Below are positions 51,404 to 64,000 of a DNA stretch of 64,000 nt, in pieces (position 1 is the stretch's first letter; each line of letters starts with the position of its first letter). Source of the DNA: Chiloscyllium plagiosum (Eukaryota); NCBI RefSeq assembly GCF_004010195.1, contig NC_057756.1:1032265-1096264 (forward strand). The letters are read 5' to 3'. The notes below the pieces were generated by a model. That model did not search any database and was not told where the DNA came from. It worked only from the letters and a program-made list of their open reading frames with translations. A program made the position numbers and the translations under genes.

Positions 51404-51955
51404 TGTTAAGAATCATACCAGCTCCCCTGAAAATTTATCACGAAGGTAACCTAGATCTTAACTTTTTCTTATTTTAAAGACAGTTATGGAGTAGATATTT
51501 CAGGTCTGATGCAGCTGGTCAAACCATTCAACTATAAGCAAAACAGGATTTATTTACACACTGCTGTTGAAGCTTGACCAAAATAAAGCAGAGTTTAGAA
51601 TAACTTAATTATTTGAAAACTCAACTGACTCCCTACCACAACTTAACTAAGGAGCTGTTCCAATTCACGTCGCATCTCATAAACACATCCTTGGCTAAAG
51701 ATAAATTCAAACACAGATTCTTGCAGCCAGGAGAAATTTCACAGTGAGACGCCTATCAAGAATCATCTGCTGAAGAATGGCAACTTTCTTGTCTGGATTG
51801 CAGCAGCTTCTGATTGGCTGCAATTTACAGTTTCTGGGCTACAACTAAACCAAACTAGAAAAGAGCCTGAACTGGGAGAACTGGCCACTTCCCTGTGATT
51901 TTTATCTAAGCTCTTTCCAAGACGTTTGGCACCACTTAATGACCTCTCTCACAAG
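51404..51955 (-). repeat. Solo/partial LTR related to the Gmr1-type LTRs
   Basis: Begins tgtta. Shares blocks with 1141-1760 (tagatcttaac, taaattca, ctgggagaa.tggcc). Confidence 0.65.
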
Positions 51956-51959
51956 GGTC

Positions 51960-53985
51960 GTAGGTGTCAGAAATGCTGGATGACCGAGAAATTCAGGAGC
52001 TGGTCAAGAAAAAGAAGGAAGCATTTATCATGTGCAGATAGTTGAGATGAATAAATCCCTATAAAGGTAGAAAAGCAAGAGGAGTATGCGTAAGTGAAAA
52101 ATCCAGCGGACAAAAAGGGGACACGAGATAACTTTAGCAAGTAGAGTTACGACGAATCTAGAGCCAATTCAATCAATATATTATGAGCAAAAGAGTAAAT
52201 AAGGAGAAAAGAGGGCCCTAAAAAAATCAACAAGGCTTTTTATGTGTGGAACCACGGGAGATCGTTGAGATAGTAAAGGAGTATTCCACATCATTATTAT
52301 ACTATAGAGAAGGACATGGAAGATGGAAAACCTGGGGAAACAAATAGTGATATCTTGAAAAGTGCCCATACAACAGAACATACGTTCTGGAAGTCCTAAA
52401 AAGCATAACAGGAGGTAAATCCCCAGGACCTGATCAGAAGTTTTCCAGAAGCTGGGAAAGATATTGCTGGGACAACCACGTTTGAGGTGTCAAAAGCCTG
52501 GAGATTGGCTACAGATATGCTATTGCTCAATAAAGGCTGTAAGGAGAAGCTGGAGAACTGAAAACAGCCAGCCTTACGTCAATACTGGTGATGTCGCTGC
52601 ATTGGATCTTGAAGGATTGAATTTAGAGGCATTTGGAAAGGAAAGGACTGATTAGGGATAGTCAGCAAGACTTTGTGCTTCCGAAATCTGGTCTCACGAA
52701 CTTGATTGACCTTTTTGAATAGCATGGTAGATATTATCTGCATGGACTTAAGTAAATAGTTTGACAAGGTTTGGTATGGCTGACTGATTAGTAAAGTTAG
52801 ATGGGATCGGCTCCAGGGCAAGCTAGCCAATTGAATGCAAAATTAACTTGAAGGTAGGAGCCAGAGGGTCATGGTGAAGAGGTATTCTTTGGACTGAGGG
52901 CTATGACCAGGGTTCTGCCACACGGATCAATGCTGAGTCTTTTTTTTCCCATTTGAATAAATGATTTGCATGTGGATATAGGAACCATTGTTAGTAAGTT
53001 ATTAAGTGGACACCAATATCTGTGATACAGTGGACAGGGAACACGATTGTCTCAGAGTACAACAGGCATTTGATCAGATGGAATAATGGGCTGACGAGGG
53101 GCACACGGAGTTCAATTTAGATAACTGTGAATTGTTGCATTCTGATAAGGTAAACGCATGCAGTAAATAGTAGTGCACTCAGTCGTGTTGCTGAATGAAA
53201 AGATCTAGGGATGGAGGTGCATAGTTCCGTGAAATTTGAGTCAGAAGTTAAAAGCGTGGTGAAGTGGGCATTTAACATGCTTGCCTTTACTGGGCATAAC
53301 ATTGAGTACTTGAGTTGGGATGTCATATTGCAGTTAAACAGGACATTTGTGCAGCAACATTGGAAATATGCTTACAGTTCTGATTGCTCTTTTATAAGAA
53401 TGATGTTGCTAAACTTGAGAACTTGCATAAAATATTTCCAAGGATGTTGCCAAAATTAAGGGTTTGAGCTAGAGGGAGAGACCGAACAAACTGGGGCTTT
53501 TTTGGAGAGAATGCAAAGAGGATTCAAGAGAATAATACGAGGAAAGGAAAAAAAATAGATACAAGGAAAAATGAGAAAGAGTAGGCTTGTTGTCATTGGA
53601 ACAGAGAAGATTAAAACTGACCTTATTGGGGTGTTCAAAATTATGTATAATATTGACAGGATAAAACAAAGGTATACTCTGTTTTCAGTAGCTGGTATAT
53701 TTGCGACGATGAGTCACAACTTCAAGATTGCCAACAAAAGAGCTAGGAGTGAGATGAGAACAAACGTGACTCAGAGTGTTGTTAGGATTTGGAATGCGAT
53801 GCCTGGGAGAGTGGTGGAGGCGGAATCGATATGAGGTTTCCCAATAGTGCGAAAAGGAATGAAGTTAGAGATCTAGATATAGGGTTGGAGAGTCGGATTA
53901 GCTGAATAGCTCTTTAAGAGCCGGTACAAACAGAATGGGTCAAGTGTCCTCCTTCTGTGTTCTGAAGTTCTACGATTCTATGATT
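51960..53985 (+). mobile_element. Degenerate CR1 LINE fragments (two adjacent pieces)
   Basis: KSPGPD (52415-52435), MDLSK.FDKV-like DNA, MLAFTGHNIEYLSWDVILQL, 3' ttctatgattct tail at ~53980. Confidence 0.8.
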
Positions 53986-55838
53986 CTGTACTGTATCTAC
54001 TTCTTTCCATTTTACGATGCACATATTAGAATATCTACATCGTGTAGGATCTCGGAATTCTGCAATCATCCTTTGTTTAAGGAATGCACTGATATTTCAT
54101 TCTATCTGCTGAAGTAAACAGCGTCGTATTTTCCCAGCTTATATTTCCATCTCCTGGATTGTATATTGATTCACTCACTTCTGTGTTTGCAAGCTGTTCA
54201 GGTTTTCTTCATAGCATATTTCCTGCCTATCTTTGGATCGACTGCAAATTTAACAATCAGCTCCTCATTTCCCTCAATTAGGCTACTGGCGCACATGGTG
54301 AAATAATGAGTTTCCAGCATATTTCCCTCTGGGATGCGTTATCTCATTTCCTGCCAATCGAATAAGAATGTCAATCTACTTGTGTCTTCTGTTGGCCTTC
54401 TGCCAGTCAGCAAATTGTTTAGCCATGCCAGAACGTTACTCCAAATCATGAGACTTTTTTTTCTCTCTGCAATTGTCTTTTACTTTACTCTCCATTGAAG
54501 GTATTCTGGAAGTCTATATACAGAATGACATTGCATTCTATTTTATCCACAAGACGTTATTCCTTCAAAAACGTTAACAAATTGGTTAAGGATGGAGGAC
54601 ATTATTGACTATTCTCAATCAGAATGAGTTGTTTGGAAGTGTGCAGCTATAATCTGATTGATATGCTATTCTGACACCTTCAGCATGTTAAGCTAACTGC
54701 CACATTGTTTCTGATTTACTGTACCCCTCCTTTCCTGAATAAAAGAGGTATATTCTCTTCTTTCCGCTCTGATGGAAACTTCCCTGATTGTACGTACATT
54801 AGCAACATTAACATCAGCACATCTCTTATTTTATTAATGTCCTCTTTTATGTCGCTGAGCCAAAGTTCACCTGGAGCCAAAGTCTCCTTCGTCACGCAGT
54901 TCCATTCGAATTTCTAGTCCTTCTTACATCCTGATGACATTTTTCTTAACTTCTTCTAACCCTGCTAATTCCCGATTTTTACAAGCAATGCCAACATTTT
55001 TCCCCTCCTTCTTCTGTAACTTCTACGGTGAAGCTAAAAGTTGAAGGTTTGTTAATTGTATCATTCGCTTTCTTATTATTCACTGTTATATCCCCACTAT
55101 TGTTTCCGCAAAGCTCTAAACCACTTTAATTTTTCTTTTCCTTTTAAAGTCCACATGTAAATTATTTCCATCCTTTTACATCTTTAAACAGCTTGTTTTC
55201 ATCTTTTAATTCTTTTCCTTTGATTAACACTTCCGTCATTGTCTGTTGCCTTTCAGGTTATGACAATTATAATTTCAAACCTATATCATCAGTTTTTTTT
55301 TCCCATTGAGATTAATGCTTCCCTTATGCTTCAGTAAATTATGAATGAAAACTCCTCCCTGTAAGCTTTCAACACACTGTGAATATATTTACTTCTAATA
55401 TTATCAAATACTCCCTTATACATCAGCTACAGAATCGTTATTGGTCACCCAACCCCTGCCATCACCACCAGCTCCGCCAGCCCCCAGCCAATTTTACCAG
55501 TTTACCTTTGATAGTTCAGATATCATTGAGGAGAAAGTGAGGTCTGCAGATGCTGGAGATCAGAGCTGAAAATGTGTTGCTGGAAAAGCACAGCAGGTCA
55601 GGCAGCATCCAGGGAACTGGAGAATCGACGTTTCTGGAATAAGCCCTTCTTCAGGAATGAGGAAAGTTTGTCCAGCAGGCTAAGATAAAAGGTAGGGAGG
55701 AGGGACTTGGGGGAGGGGCGTCGGAAATGTGATAGGTGGAAAGAGGTCAAGGTGAGGGTGATAGGTCAGACTGGGGTGGGGGCGGAGAGGTCAGGAAGAA
55801 GATTGCAGGTTAGGAAGGCGGTGCTGAATTCGATGGAT

Positions 55839-56385
55839 NNNNNNNNNNNNNNNNNNNNNNNNNNNNNNNNNNNNNNNNNNNNNNNNNNNNNNNNNNNNNN
55901 NNNNNNNNNNNNNNNNNNNNNNNNNNNNNNNNNNNNNNNNNNNNNNNNNNNNNNNNNNNNNNNNNNNNNNNNNNNNNNNNNNNNNNNNNNNNNNNNNNNN
56001 NNNNNNNNNNNNNNNNNNNNNNNNNNNNNNNNNNNNNNNNNNNNNNNNNNNNNNNNNNNNNNNNNNNNNNNNNNNNNNNNNNNNNNNNNNNNNNNNNNNN
56101 NNNNNNNNNNNNNNNNNNNNNNNNNNNNNNNNNNNNNNNNNNNNNNNNNNNNNNNNNNNNNNNNNNNNNNNNNNNNNNNNNNNNNNNNNNNNNNNNNNNN
56201 NNNNNNNNNNNNNNNNNNNNNNNNNNNNNNNNNNNNNNNNNNNNNNNNNNNNNNNNNNNNNNNNNNNNNNNNNNNNNNNNNNNNNNNNNNNNNNNNNNNN
56301 NNNNNNNNNNNNNNNNNNNNNNNNNNNNNNNNNNNNNNNNNNNNNNNNNNNNNNNNNNNNNNNNNNNNNNNNNNNNNNNNNNNNN
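55839..56385. other. Assembly gap (N-run) at the centre of a long inverted repeat
   Basis: Run of n. Confidence 0.99.
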
Positions 56386-56473
56386 CCTCTTTCCACCTAT
56401 CACATTTCTGACGCCCCTCCCCCAAGTCCCTCCTCCCTACCTTTTATCTTAGCCTGCTGGACAAACTTTCCTT

Positions 56474-56510
56474 ATTCCTGAAGAAGGGCATATGCCCGAA
56501 ACGTCGATTC
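56474..56510 (+). ncRNA. Minimal type-I hammerhead ribozyme motif (Penelope-associated), core intact
   Basis: attc-CUGAAGA-A-GGGC-AUAU-GCCC-GAAA-CGUC-gauu: conserved core, 4-bp stem II, palindromic ACGU in place of stem III, GUC cleavage triplet. Confidence 0.75.
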
Positions 56511-57999
56511 TCCTGTTCCCTGGATGCTGCCTGACCTGCTGTGCTTTTCCAGCAACATATTTTCAGCTAGTTCAGATATCATACCTACATAATTGCCTCT
56601 GTGGGCATAGTCAAAGCCAATAAGCAATGCCTATAATACGAAGGGTTAAATTTTCTGACGTTTAGGATATTTGTTACTTACACAATAGTGTTTAGTTACA
56701 GCTACATATGGCTGTTTGTGTCTTCTTAAAGTCTCAAAACCAGATACAGTGTTGCACAATTGCTTCATGATAGTCAATTTGAATTGAACCTCCTTATTTT
56801 TTCAAAACCAACAACCTTTCTGGGGATCTGAACCAGTAACATAGTAAGTGGACAACACTAAAATATAGGCCTGCATGTCAATACCCAAATAAAGGGCTTA
56901 TTGAACGATGGTGTAGGAGTGACCTATTAGTTAAGGTTGTATGATTCTGAGGTATCTTGACTGGCAAGGTGCTGAGAGAACAAGTCTCCATCTGGTAGTA
57001 TCTATGATAAGAGGGATAGTTTCCGGGGAAGTATTACTCATTTCAGGCAGCGGTACATGGAACTTCTCATCCGAGATGATTAGTATTCATAAGTGATTCT
57101 CACCAGAGAAAGGGTAATTTTAGACCTCTAAATACAATTCAGAATAGATTCAACATTTACTTCCCTGAATAGTTGTGTGAGTTGCCGGATCTGGAGGAGT
57201 GCAGACAGAAAATTGGAGAAAAGGCCACGTTCAGAACGTGTTTCAAGGACCGAACAGTCTGTTCCCGTTTCTCTCTGTTAATACCCTTGTGTTCAGATGT
57301 AATTGGCTACTAATGAGTTAGGAAGAATATCTGTACCTAGAAGCAGAAGAATCCGTTGCAAGTGCAGGCCATTTTTCTCCCTTGAACTTAAGGCAACATA
57401 TATCTAATCTGATTACACGACATTGCTGTCGACGTTTCGCTTATTGCTTATCAAGTTTATTACCAGTTCTGCCTTTAAAAAAAAATTGAAAAGCTCTGCT
57501 TCCATCAACGTTTGATGATGGAGTTCCAAGACTCATGACACTTTGTGAAGTAACATTTCTCTTGACGTCTGCTTTGGCAACGTCCTTTTTAAAATTATTG
57601 ACACTTGTTTCCAGAATCTCCCACAAACAGAAACCTCTTTTCAAGAACTGTCAGGACCTTAAAAAGTTTAAATCAAGCCATCACTTTCTTTGGTGAAATC
57701 TAACAGATGATATTTTGGTTGTCCAACATTTTCTGTTATGACAACTCATCAATTCCCGGTATTAGTCTGGTTAAATGTCTCTGAACGACTTCGAAAGCGT
57801 TTCTATCCGTTCATCAATAAGCATTATCATACTATATGCAACATTCCTGGTATGATCAACACTGTCCATAGTACTGTAGCGAAGTCCAGTACTGTGCACA
57901 AATCTCCGGACGTGTGTAGCTATGAGCACAGTTCATTACCCATTGAACTCCAAATGTGAGCAATAGCAGCCTTGATGTGATGTGTACATTGGCAGTGTT

Positions 58000-58083
58000 G
58001 TTACTACTAATAGTAATGCTAATAATAATAAATATAATAGTAACAACAACAATAATAAGAAGAATATTATTAATATTACTTAC
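58000..58083. repeat. Imperfect (AAT/AAC/TAC)n trinucleotide microsatellite
   Basis: Directly visible. Confidence 0.85.
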
Positions 58084-58089
58084 TCACAG

Positions 58090-60530
58090 CTGTTGTGTTT
58101 CAATGGCTGGCCAATATTCAGTGCCCTGCTCTTAGTTTCCTTTGAGAACGTGTTGATGCGCTGCCTTCCTGAACCGTTGCAGTCCAAGTGTTGTGGCATG
58201 ATCACAATACTTTTAGAGAAGGTATACAGCGGATTATGATCCGATAACACTCAGGGAGAACGATATATTTCTATGTCATGATGGTGAGTGGTTGAAGGCA
58301 ACATGGAGGTCATGATTTTTCCCATTTATCTTCAACCATTTCATTCGAGATGGAAAAAGCCATGAGTTAGGGAAGCACTGTCTAATGATTTTTGGTGAAT
58401 TCGTGCAATATATCTTGTAGATGTTACACACTGCTGCTACTGAGCGTCAGAGAGTGGGTTCTGGTTGTGGCTCTAATCAAGCGGGCTGCTTTGTCCTGGA
58501 TGGTATCAAGCTTCATAAGTGTGGTTGGGACTGCACCCAGCCGGGCAATTGGGGAATATTCTATCACATTCTTGACTTGTACCTTGTAGATGATGGATAA
58601 GCTTTGGAGAGTGAGGAGGTAAATTTATTGGTTCAGGATTCATAGCCTCTAAATTTCACTTGTAGCCACTGTATTTGCGTTGCTAGTTCATTTGAGGTTT
58701 GGTGAATGCTCACCCAAAGATGATGATAGAGGAGGATTCAGTAATTAAACATCACTGAATGTCAAGGGACAATGATAAGATTTTCTCTTGTTGCAAATGT
58801 CATTGCCTAGCAATTCTGTCGTGCGAATATTACTTGCCACTTGTCAGCCCGAGACTGAAGATTATGCAGATCTTGTTGCATTGAATATGAGCTACTTCTT
58901 TCTTTGATGCGTCATAAATGGTTCTAAACATTTTGCAGTTATCAACGAATAATCCAATTCTAAACTTATAATGGAGGGATAATCACTGATGAAAAGCTGA
59001 GGATATTTAAGCCTACAAGACTACCCCGAGGAACTCAAGCAGAGTTGTCCTCGATCTCAGATGAATGACCTCAAATAACCTCACCATCTTTCTATGTACC
59101 TGGCATGACTCCAACCGTGGAGATTTTGTCATCTGATATTCATTCATTTCAGTTTTATTAAGGATCCTTGATGCTGCAATTGGTCAAATAAAACCTTGAT
59201 GTCAAGGGCTATCACTCTCACTTCTCCTCTAGATTTCAGCTTTTTTGTTCACGTTTAAGCCCAGGCTGCAATGAGGTCAGGAGCTGAATGAGTCTGCAGA
59301 ATACAAACTGGGTATCCTTGAGCAGATTAGTGCTTCTTCTTAGAACTGTTGACGACACGTTTCATGACCTTACTGATGACTGACGAGATGGTAATTGGAT
59401 GTAAGATACATAGGCAATTTTCTACATTGTCGAGTGGATTCTAGTTTTGTAATTGCATTGAAAGAGCTTGGCTACGATAGGCTGGAACTTAGATTAGATT
59501 AGATTACTTACAGTGTGGAAACAGGCCCTTCGGCCCAACAAGTCCACACCGCCCCGCCGAAGCACAACCCACCCATACCCCTACATTTACCCCTTACCTA
59601 ACACTACGGGCAATTTAGCATGGCCAATTCACCTGACCCTGCACATCTTTGGACTGTGGGAGGAAACCGGAGCACCCGGAGGAAACCCACGCAGACACGG
59701 GGAGAATGTGCAAACTCCACACAGTAAGTCGCCTGAGGCGGGAATTGAACTCGGGTCTCTGGTGCTGGGAGGCAGCAGCAGTGCTAACCACTATGCCACT
59801 GTGCCACCGTGCCGCCCACTCTGGAGTCTTACATCTTAGAGGTGGAATGTTGGCAGGTTCTACAGCCTTTGCAGCATCTATTGCTTCCACCTGTTTCATG
59901 ATATCACATGGAGTGAATCGAATTCATTTTTGACAGTCATCTATGATGCTGTCCACACGAACGTGGGTCGAGATGGACCACCCATTCATCAATTCTGGCT
60001 GAGGATTTCTGAGAAGGCTTCACCTTTATCTTTTGCACTGATGTTTTTGACTCTCCCATCATTCAGGATGGGGATATTGTGGAGCCACCATTCACGACTG
60101 GATGTGTCAGGACTGCAGATATTAAATCTGATCCCTTGACTGTGGGATTATTTAGCTTTGTATATCACTTGCTGAATACGCTGTTTGTCATGCAAATAGT
60201 CATTTTTGGTTGCTTTATCAGCTTTACATCTCATTTTTAGATATGCCTGGTGCTGCCCATGGCATGCCCTTTTGCATTCTCCATTTAAGAAGTGTTCATT
60301 CTCAACTTAATGGTAATACTTGAGTTGATGACGTGCTTTTCCAATGAGGTTGCTTATTGTGTTGGAGAAAAATTTTGTTGCTGTTGATAGCCAACAATAC
60401 TTCAAGGATGCCCTGTCTTCAGTTGCTCAACCTACTCAAACTCTGTTGCATTTAACATGGCTTCTTGTAAAATGTCGGCAAAGTCAAAGGCTCAAGTCAA
60501 AACACTACTGCTCCACTCATTCTTTTCCTT
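58090..60530 (-). mobile_element. Old non-LTR retrotransposon (CR1/L2/RTEX-like) remnant interrupted by a young V-SINE
   Basis: Minus-strand RT-like DNA (ALDIK..FD, GVPRGSLVG, FVDNC; ~58900-59210) and a 3' end shared with many short repeats in the window. Confidence 0.6.
59489..59817 (-). mobile_element. Young tRNA-derived V-SINE (shark HE1-like)
   Basis: GGGCGGCACGGTGGC head, A box and GAGTTCAATTCC B box, V-domain tgtgtggagtttgcacattctccccgtgtctgcgtgggtttcctccggg, CR1-like 3' end, (taatc)n tail. Confidence 0.9.
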
Positions 60531-60574
60531 TTTAAAAATTCTTTTCTCTACCCCCTCTCAGTTTTCTCATGTTT

Positions 60575-60965
60575 GGACATCCAGACCTGGCCTGGAGGTC
60601 AGTAGTCATTGGCATTCTGCAAGGATCTGTCTGCCTCTGCTCTATTTGATTTTTGTAAATGACTTCGTTGAGGAAGTGGAAGGATTGGTTAGTAAGTTTT
60701 CTGATGTCGCAAAAGTTGATGGAGTTGTGGACAGAGTGGCGGGCTGTTGTAGGTTGCAATGGGAAATTGACAGCTCAACCTGGAAAAGTTCAGTTTGGAA
60801 GGTCGGGTTTCAATGCAGATTACAAGGTTAAAGGTCGAGTTCTTGGTAGCGTGGAGGCACACAGGGTTCTTGGGGTTCACGTCCATGGAACCCTCAAATT
60901 TGCCACCCAGGTTGATGAGCTGGTTAAGAAGGTGTATGGTGTGTTGACTTTCAATAAGTATTGAT
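60575..60965 (+). mobile_element. CR1 RT fragment truncated by the Gypsy LTR
   Basis: IFVNDFVEEVEGLVSKFSDVAKV and LGVHVHGTLKFATQVD. Confidence 0.8.
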
Positions 60966-60972
60966 TTTTTTT

Positions 60973-63900
60973 ATATGGACCAGGCCAGACTCCTCTAAAC
61001 ATTATAAGGTAGCCCAGACCCTAATTTTGCTGTTTGATTTAAGCAAGTGTGTAGTGGATAGTCCAGGAGAGCATTAGCTGTTAAAACTGCTTATTTTTAA
61101 ACAAAACAGAATTTATTTACAAGATTACTGAATGTAAAACAAAGAGTAGAAAGCAGAATGTAAACAAATTGAGCCGAAAATCCATCCAAATTCGGACTTT
61201 CCAGAAACTGTGTCGCTTACAACCTTTCTGAAGAAACCAAGGACAACATTATGTTGCTAAAGGAACAGCTTCGTCACACTCCACCCCCCCCCCTTATAAA
61301 CAATGAAACATCAATATCTAAATATGGTTTCATTTCAAAACCCCATAAAAATTTGGGTTGCACTTTAAAATACACATGTATAATAGAATGACTATAAACA
61401 TCCAAACATGCACAACTACATTCCGTTTCCGTTTCTACTCGTGCACCTCCGAACACTCCATTTCTCATTTGTGTCTCGACAATGCGTTGACAATCACTTT
61501 TTCTCATCCTGCCACACGCACAATTTTTAAATTGAATGGCTGTAACAACAAGGTCCATCTAAACGGTCACGCATTTTTGTCCTTAAGTTTCTCCACAACC
61601 TTCAATGGCTTATGATCAGTGTGTATGATTGTCTCAGATGCGATACTAGCAATATAAACACTAAAATGTTGTAATGCCAACACGAAGCTCAAAGTCTCCT
61701 TCTCAACCATCGAATAATTCTGATGAATATTCAGCTACCTGCAGAAATAGCTCATAAGTCATTGCGCTGACACCTATATCTCTTGGATCAAGAACCACCT
61801 TGAATGGCTTTATGTAATTAGGTTTGCCTAATACTGGGCAGTGATTAACACAGCTGTTAGGGGGTGTCAAATGCCTTCTGACAGCCTGCTGTCCAATGAA
61901 ACCTTCTGCATTTTTTCAATAATTCAGTCAGTGGAGCAACTATAGTGCTAAAGTTTGGTGCAAATTTCTGATAAAATGCACTCAATCCCAGAAATCTTAG
62001 TACTTCTCAATAACGTTTGTTTTCACATTCAGTGGGGCCATCTGTCCATGTCCGCTAACACGGCCCAGGAACGTGACATGGGATTTGGCGAAGTCACTCT
62101 TAGCCACGTTTATCACCAAGTCTGCTTCCTGAAGTCAATTGAATAATTCCGGTAAATTTTGCAAATGTTCCTTTCAGGTGGGACTAAAAATCACCAGGTA
62201 GTCGATGTATACCACATAATTGGGTAATCCAGAAATGACTTTATTGGTTAGTTTTTGAAATGTGTCTGGCAACTTTTTATAATAATAAATGGCATGCCAT
62301 TATTTTGATACATTCCATTCATTGTTATGCAATCTGATATTGTCTTGCATCGTTCTCTGAATAAATCCATCTTAAAAATATATGTTGCTTGATCCACCTT
62401 CTCAATACAGTCTTTCAAACGTATAATCAAATATGAATCAGACATTGTAACTACATTTACTTTACAACAGTCTACACATAACCATATGTTTTGGCGTTTG
62501 TACTTTGGCGTTCCAGTCACTGCAACTCATTTCAATTATTTTGTCTTTGAGCATGCTTTCAATCTCTTTTTGAACCAGTGTCAATGTTAGTGGTTTAAGT
62601 CTATAACAATGTTGCTTAATGGGAACAGCATTTCCCATATCTACATCAAGTGCAATCAGATTAATACTTCCCAGCTTATTTCCACATATCTCCTCATGCC
62701 ATAGCAATAACACTTTCAGGAGATTTCGATTTTCCCCGTAAGGTAACTCAATAGTTTATCCCAATTTTAACAACTTCCTCATTGTCCAATTTCGGTTGAA
62801 GAATGTCCAATGAAGAATCTCTGATCCTGGTTTTTCACTCTATGTTGTAACCATTAACACATCCTCCATTTGCTTTCTTTCCCCATCAAAATACCTTTTG
62901 AATATGCTCACATGACACACTTTGTGAGATCAATTTCTGTCTGGAGTGCTTATCAAATAGCTCCCCTTGATCAATTTCCTTTCAACTTGTTAAGGTCCAC
63001 CAATCCTTTTTTTTAAGTGTTCACCTATCACCAGAAGTAACACTAACACTTTATCTTCAATAGCAGAATTGCCAGTTTTTGATTTCTTCTCTCCTATTTG
63101 TTTCATCATGTACTGTGATATTTTAAAATGCTGTCTACCCAACTTCCCCACTCTATTTAAGCGCTCCCTAGAACTTGGCATGTGGTCCAAATATGCGGAC
63201 TCTGAATTCTGACTTACCTATTTCTCCTTAACTAATTTCAATGTTCCTCTCATTTCATGCCCAAAAACAATTCAAATGGTCTGAATGTGGTAGATTCATT
63301 TGGTATCTCTATTGCCAAAAAGTACATATGGAATTCCTTTATCCCAATCATCTGGGTGGTCTTGACTATGCGCACTTTTAACACCTGATGCCACTTTTCA
63401 AGTGCACCTTGAGATTCTGGATGGTAAGCCCTCAATTTTGAATTGTTTTATTCCTAAGCCGTCCATAACATCTGTGAATAATTTTGATGTGAAATTTGAC
63501 CCTTTGTATTATTGTCTCTCTGTCGGTAGTCCGTATCTAGTGAAAAGTTTCAGCAACTCTTCTGCAATCCTTTTGAGCTGTGATTCTGCGTAATGGAATG
63601 GCATCTGGAAAGCTCGTGGACACATCAATCATTGTCAACAAATACTGATTCCCATTTTTTGTTCTATGCAAGAATCCTACGCAATCAATTTGTTGTTGTT
63701 GGGTCGCCATAATCTTACCAGACCATAGGGGCTGCTCTCTCATTAAAGAGAAGTGACTCGTAGCAATTTAACCTGAGGGCCACAAGACCTCTGGCGAAGT
63801 TGAGAAGGAGATTCCTTCATGACAGCCTCAAACCAGTGATGGGAACTGAACCATTGCTACTGGCATCACATGGCTGTGTAAACAAACGACCCATCGAACT

Positions 63901-64000
63901 GAGCTAAAACGATTTGTGCAAACAATTAAGGCCCTCTTAAAAGGTTCCTCAGATGCAGGAATGAGTATTAAAGTTGCTGGTTTTATTACTGCCTGTGGCT
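60973..64000 (-). mobile_element. Second decayed Gmr1-type Gypsy element (3' LTR, RH, RT, integrase; continues beyond the window)
   Basis: Shortened LTR ~60973-61278 ending tcaca, PPT 61279-61294, RT (VYIDYLV ~62200, LCVDC), integrase (YHPESQGALEKWHQ, YLLTMIDVST; 63250-63700). Same IN-before-RT order as the first copy. Confidence 0.85.
63700..63910 (-). mobile_element. Unnamed tRNA-derived SINE-like repeat in the Gypsy integrase; relatives at ~28060-28290, ~37325-37680 and ~39035-39250
   Basis: tagctcagtt head, ggttca.ttccc B-box-like motif, shared block ctcaggttaaa...taatgagagagcagccc.tatggtctggtaaga.tatggcgac. Confidence 0.55.

Larger units (their letters stand above)
55527..56567. mobile_element. 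Young fold-back Penelope-like insertion with central assembly gap
   Basis: Near-identical inverted arms. 15-bp TSD tagttcagatatcat at 55512-55526 and 56568-56582. N-run in the centre. Confidence 0.88.

Noticed and set aside
55707..56425. Long ORFs of 197-234 aa in the ORF track
   Set aside because: Almost entirely X residues from the N-gap.
57982..58239. Asn-rich ORF
   Set aside because: Translation of an (AAT)n microsatellite plus antisense LINE tail.

Overview
Eukaryotic, repeat-dense vertebrate DNA. The repeat content (HE1/V-SINE-like SINEs, many CR1 LINEs, Penelope-like elements) points to a cartilaginous fish, most likely a shark. Two intact spliced host genes are supported, arranged tail-to-tail: a 2-exon GPR139-like class A GPCR (+, 24781-26587, 327 aa) and a 3-coding-exon EEF1AKMT3/METTL21B-like protein lysine methyltransferase (-, 40416-34164, 220 aa). 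Nearly all other ORFs in the track are decayed retroelement fragments or noise. Other content: two Gmr1-type Gypsy LTR retrotransposons with the unusual PR-IN-RT-RH domain order (one full-length, with a tRNA-Pro PBS, a PPT and a SCAN-like gag, carrying about 9 nested insertions), a near full-length CR1, a Rex/Babar-like LINE, solo LTRs and a TA-flanked MITE. The most striking structural signal is at least 8 fold-back Penelope-like insertions from several families. Each has a target-site duplication, most have a clear one-sided ~30-nt tail, and they carry minimal hammerhead-ribozyme motifs (several intact); the short inserts turn at or next to the hammerhead. I found no convincing wholly new biological system. 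All calls are by eye, without alignment or database searches, and repeat boundaries are approximate.
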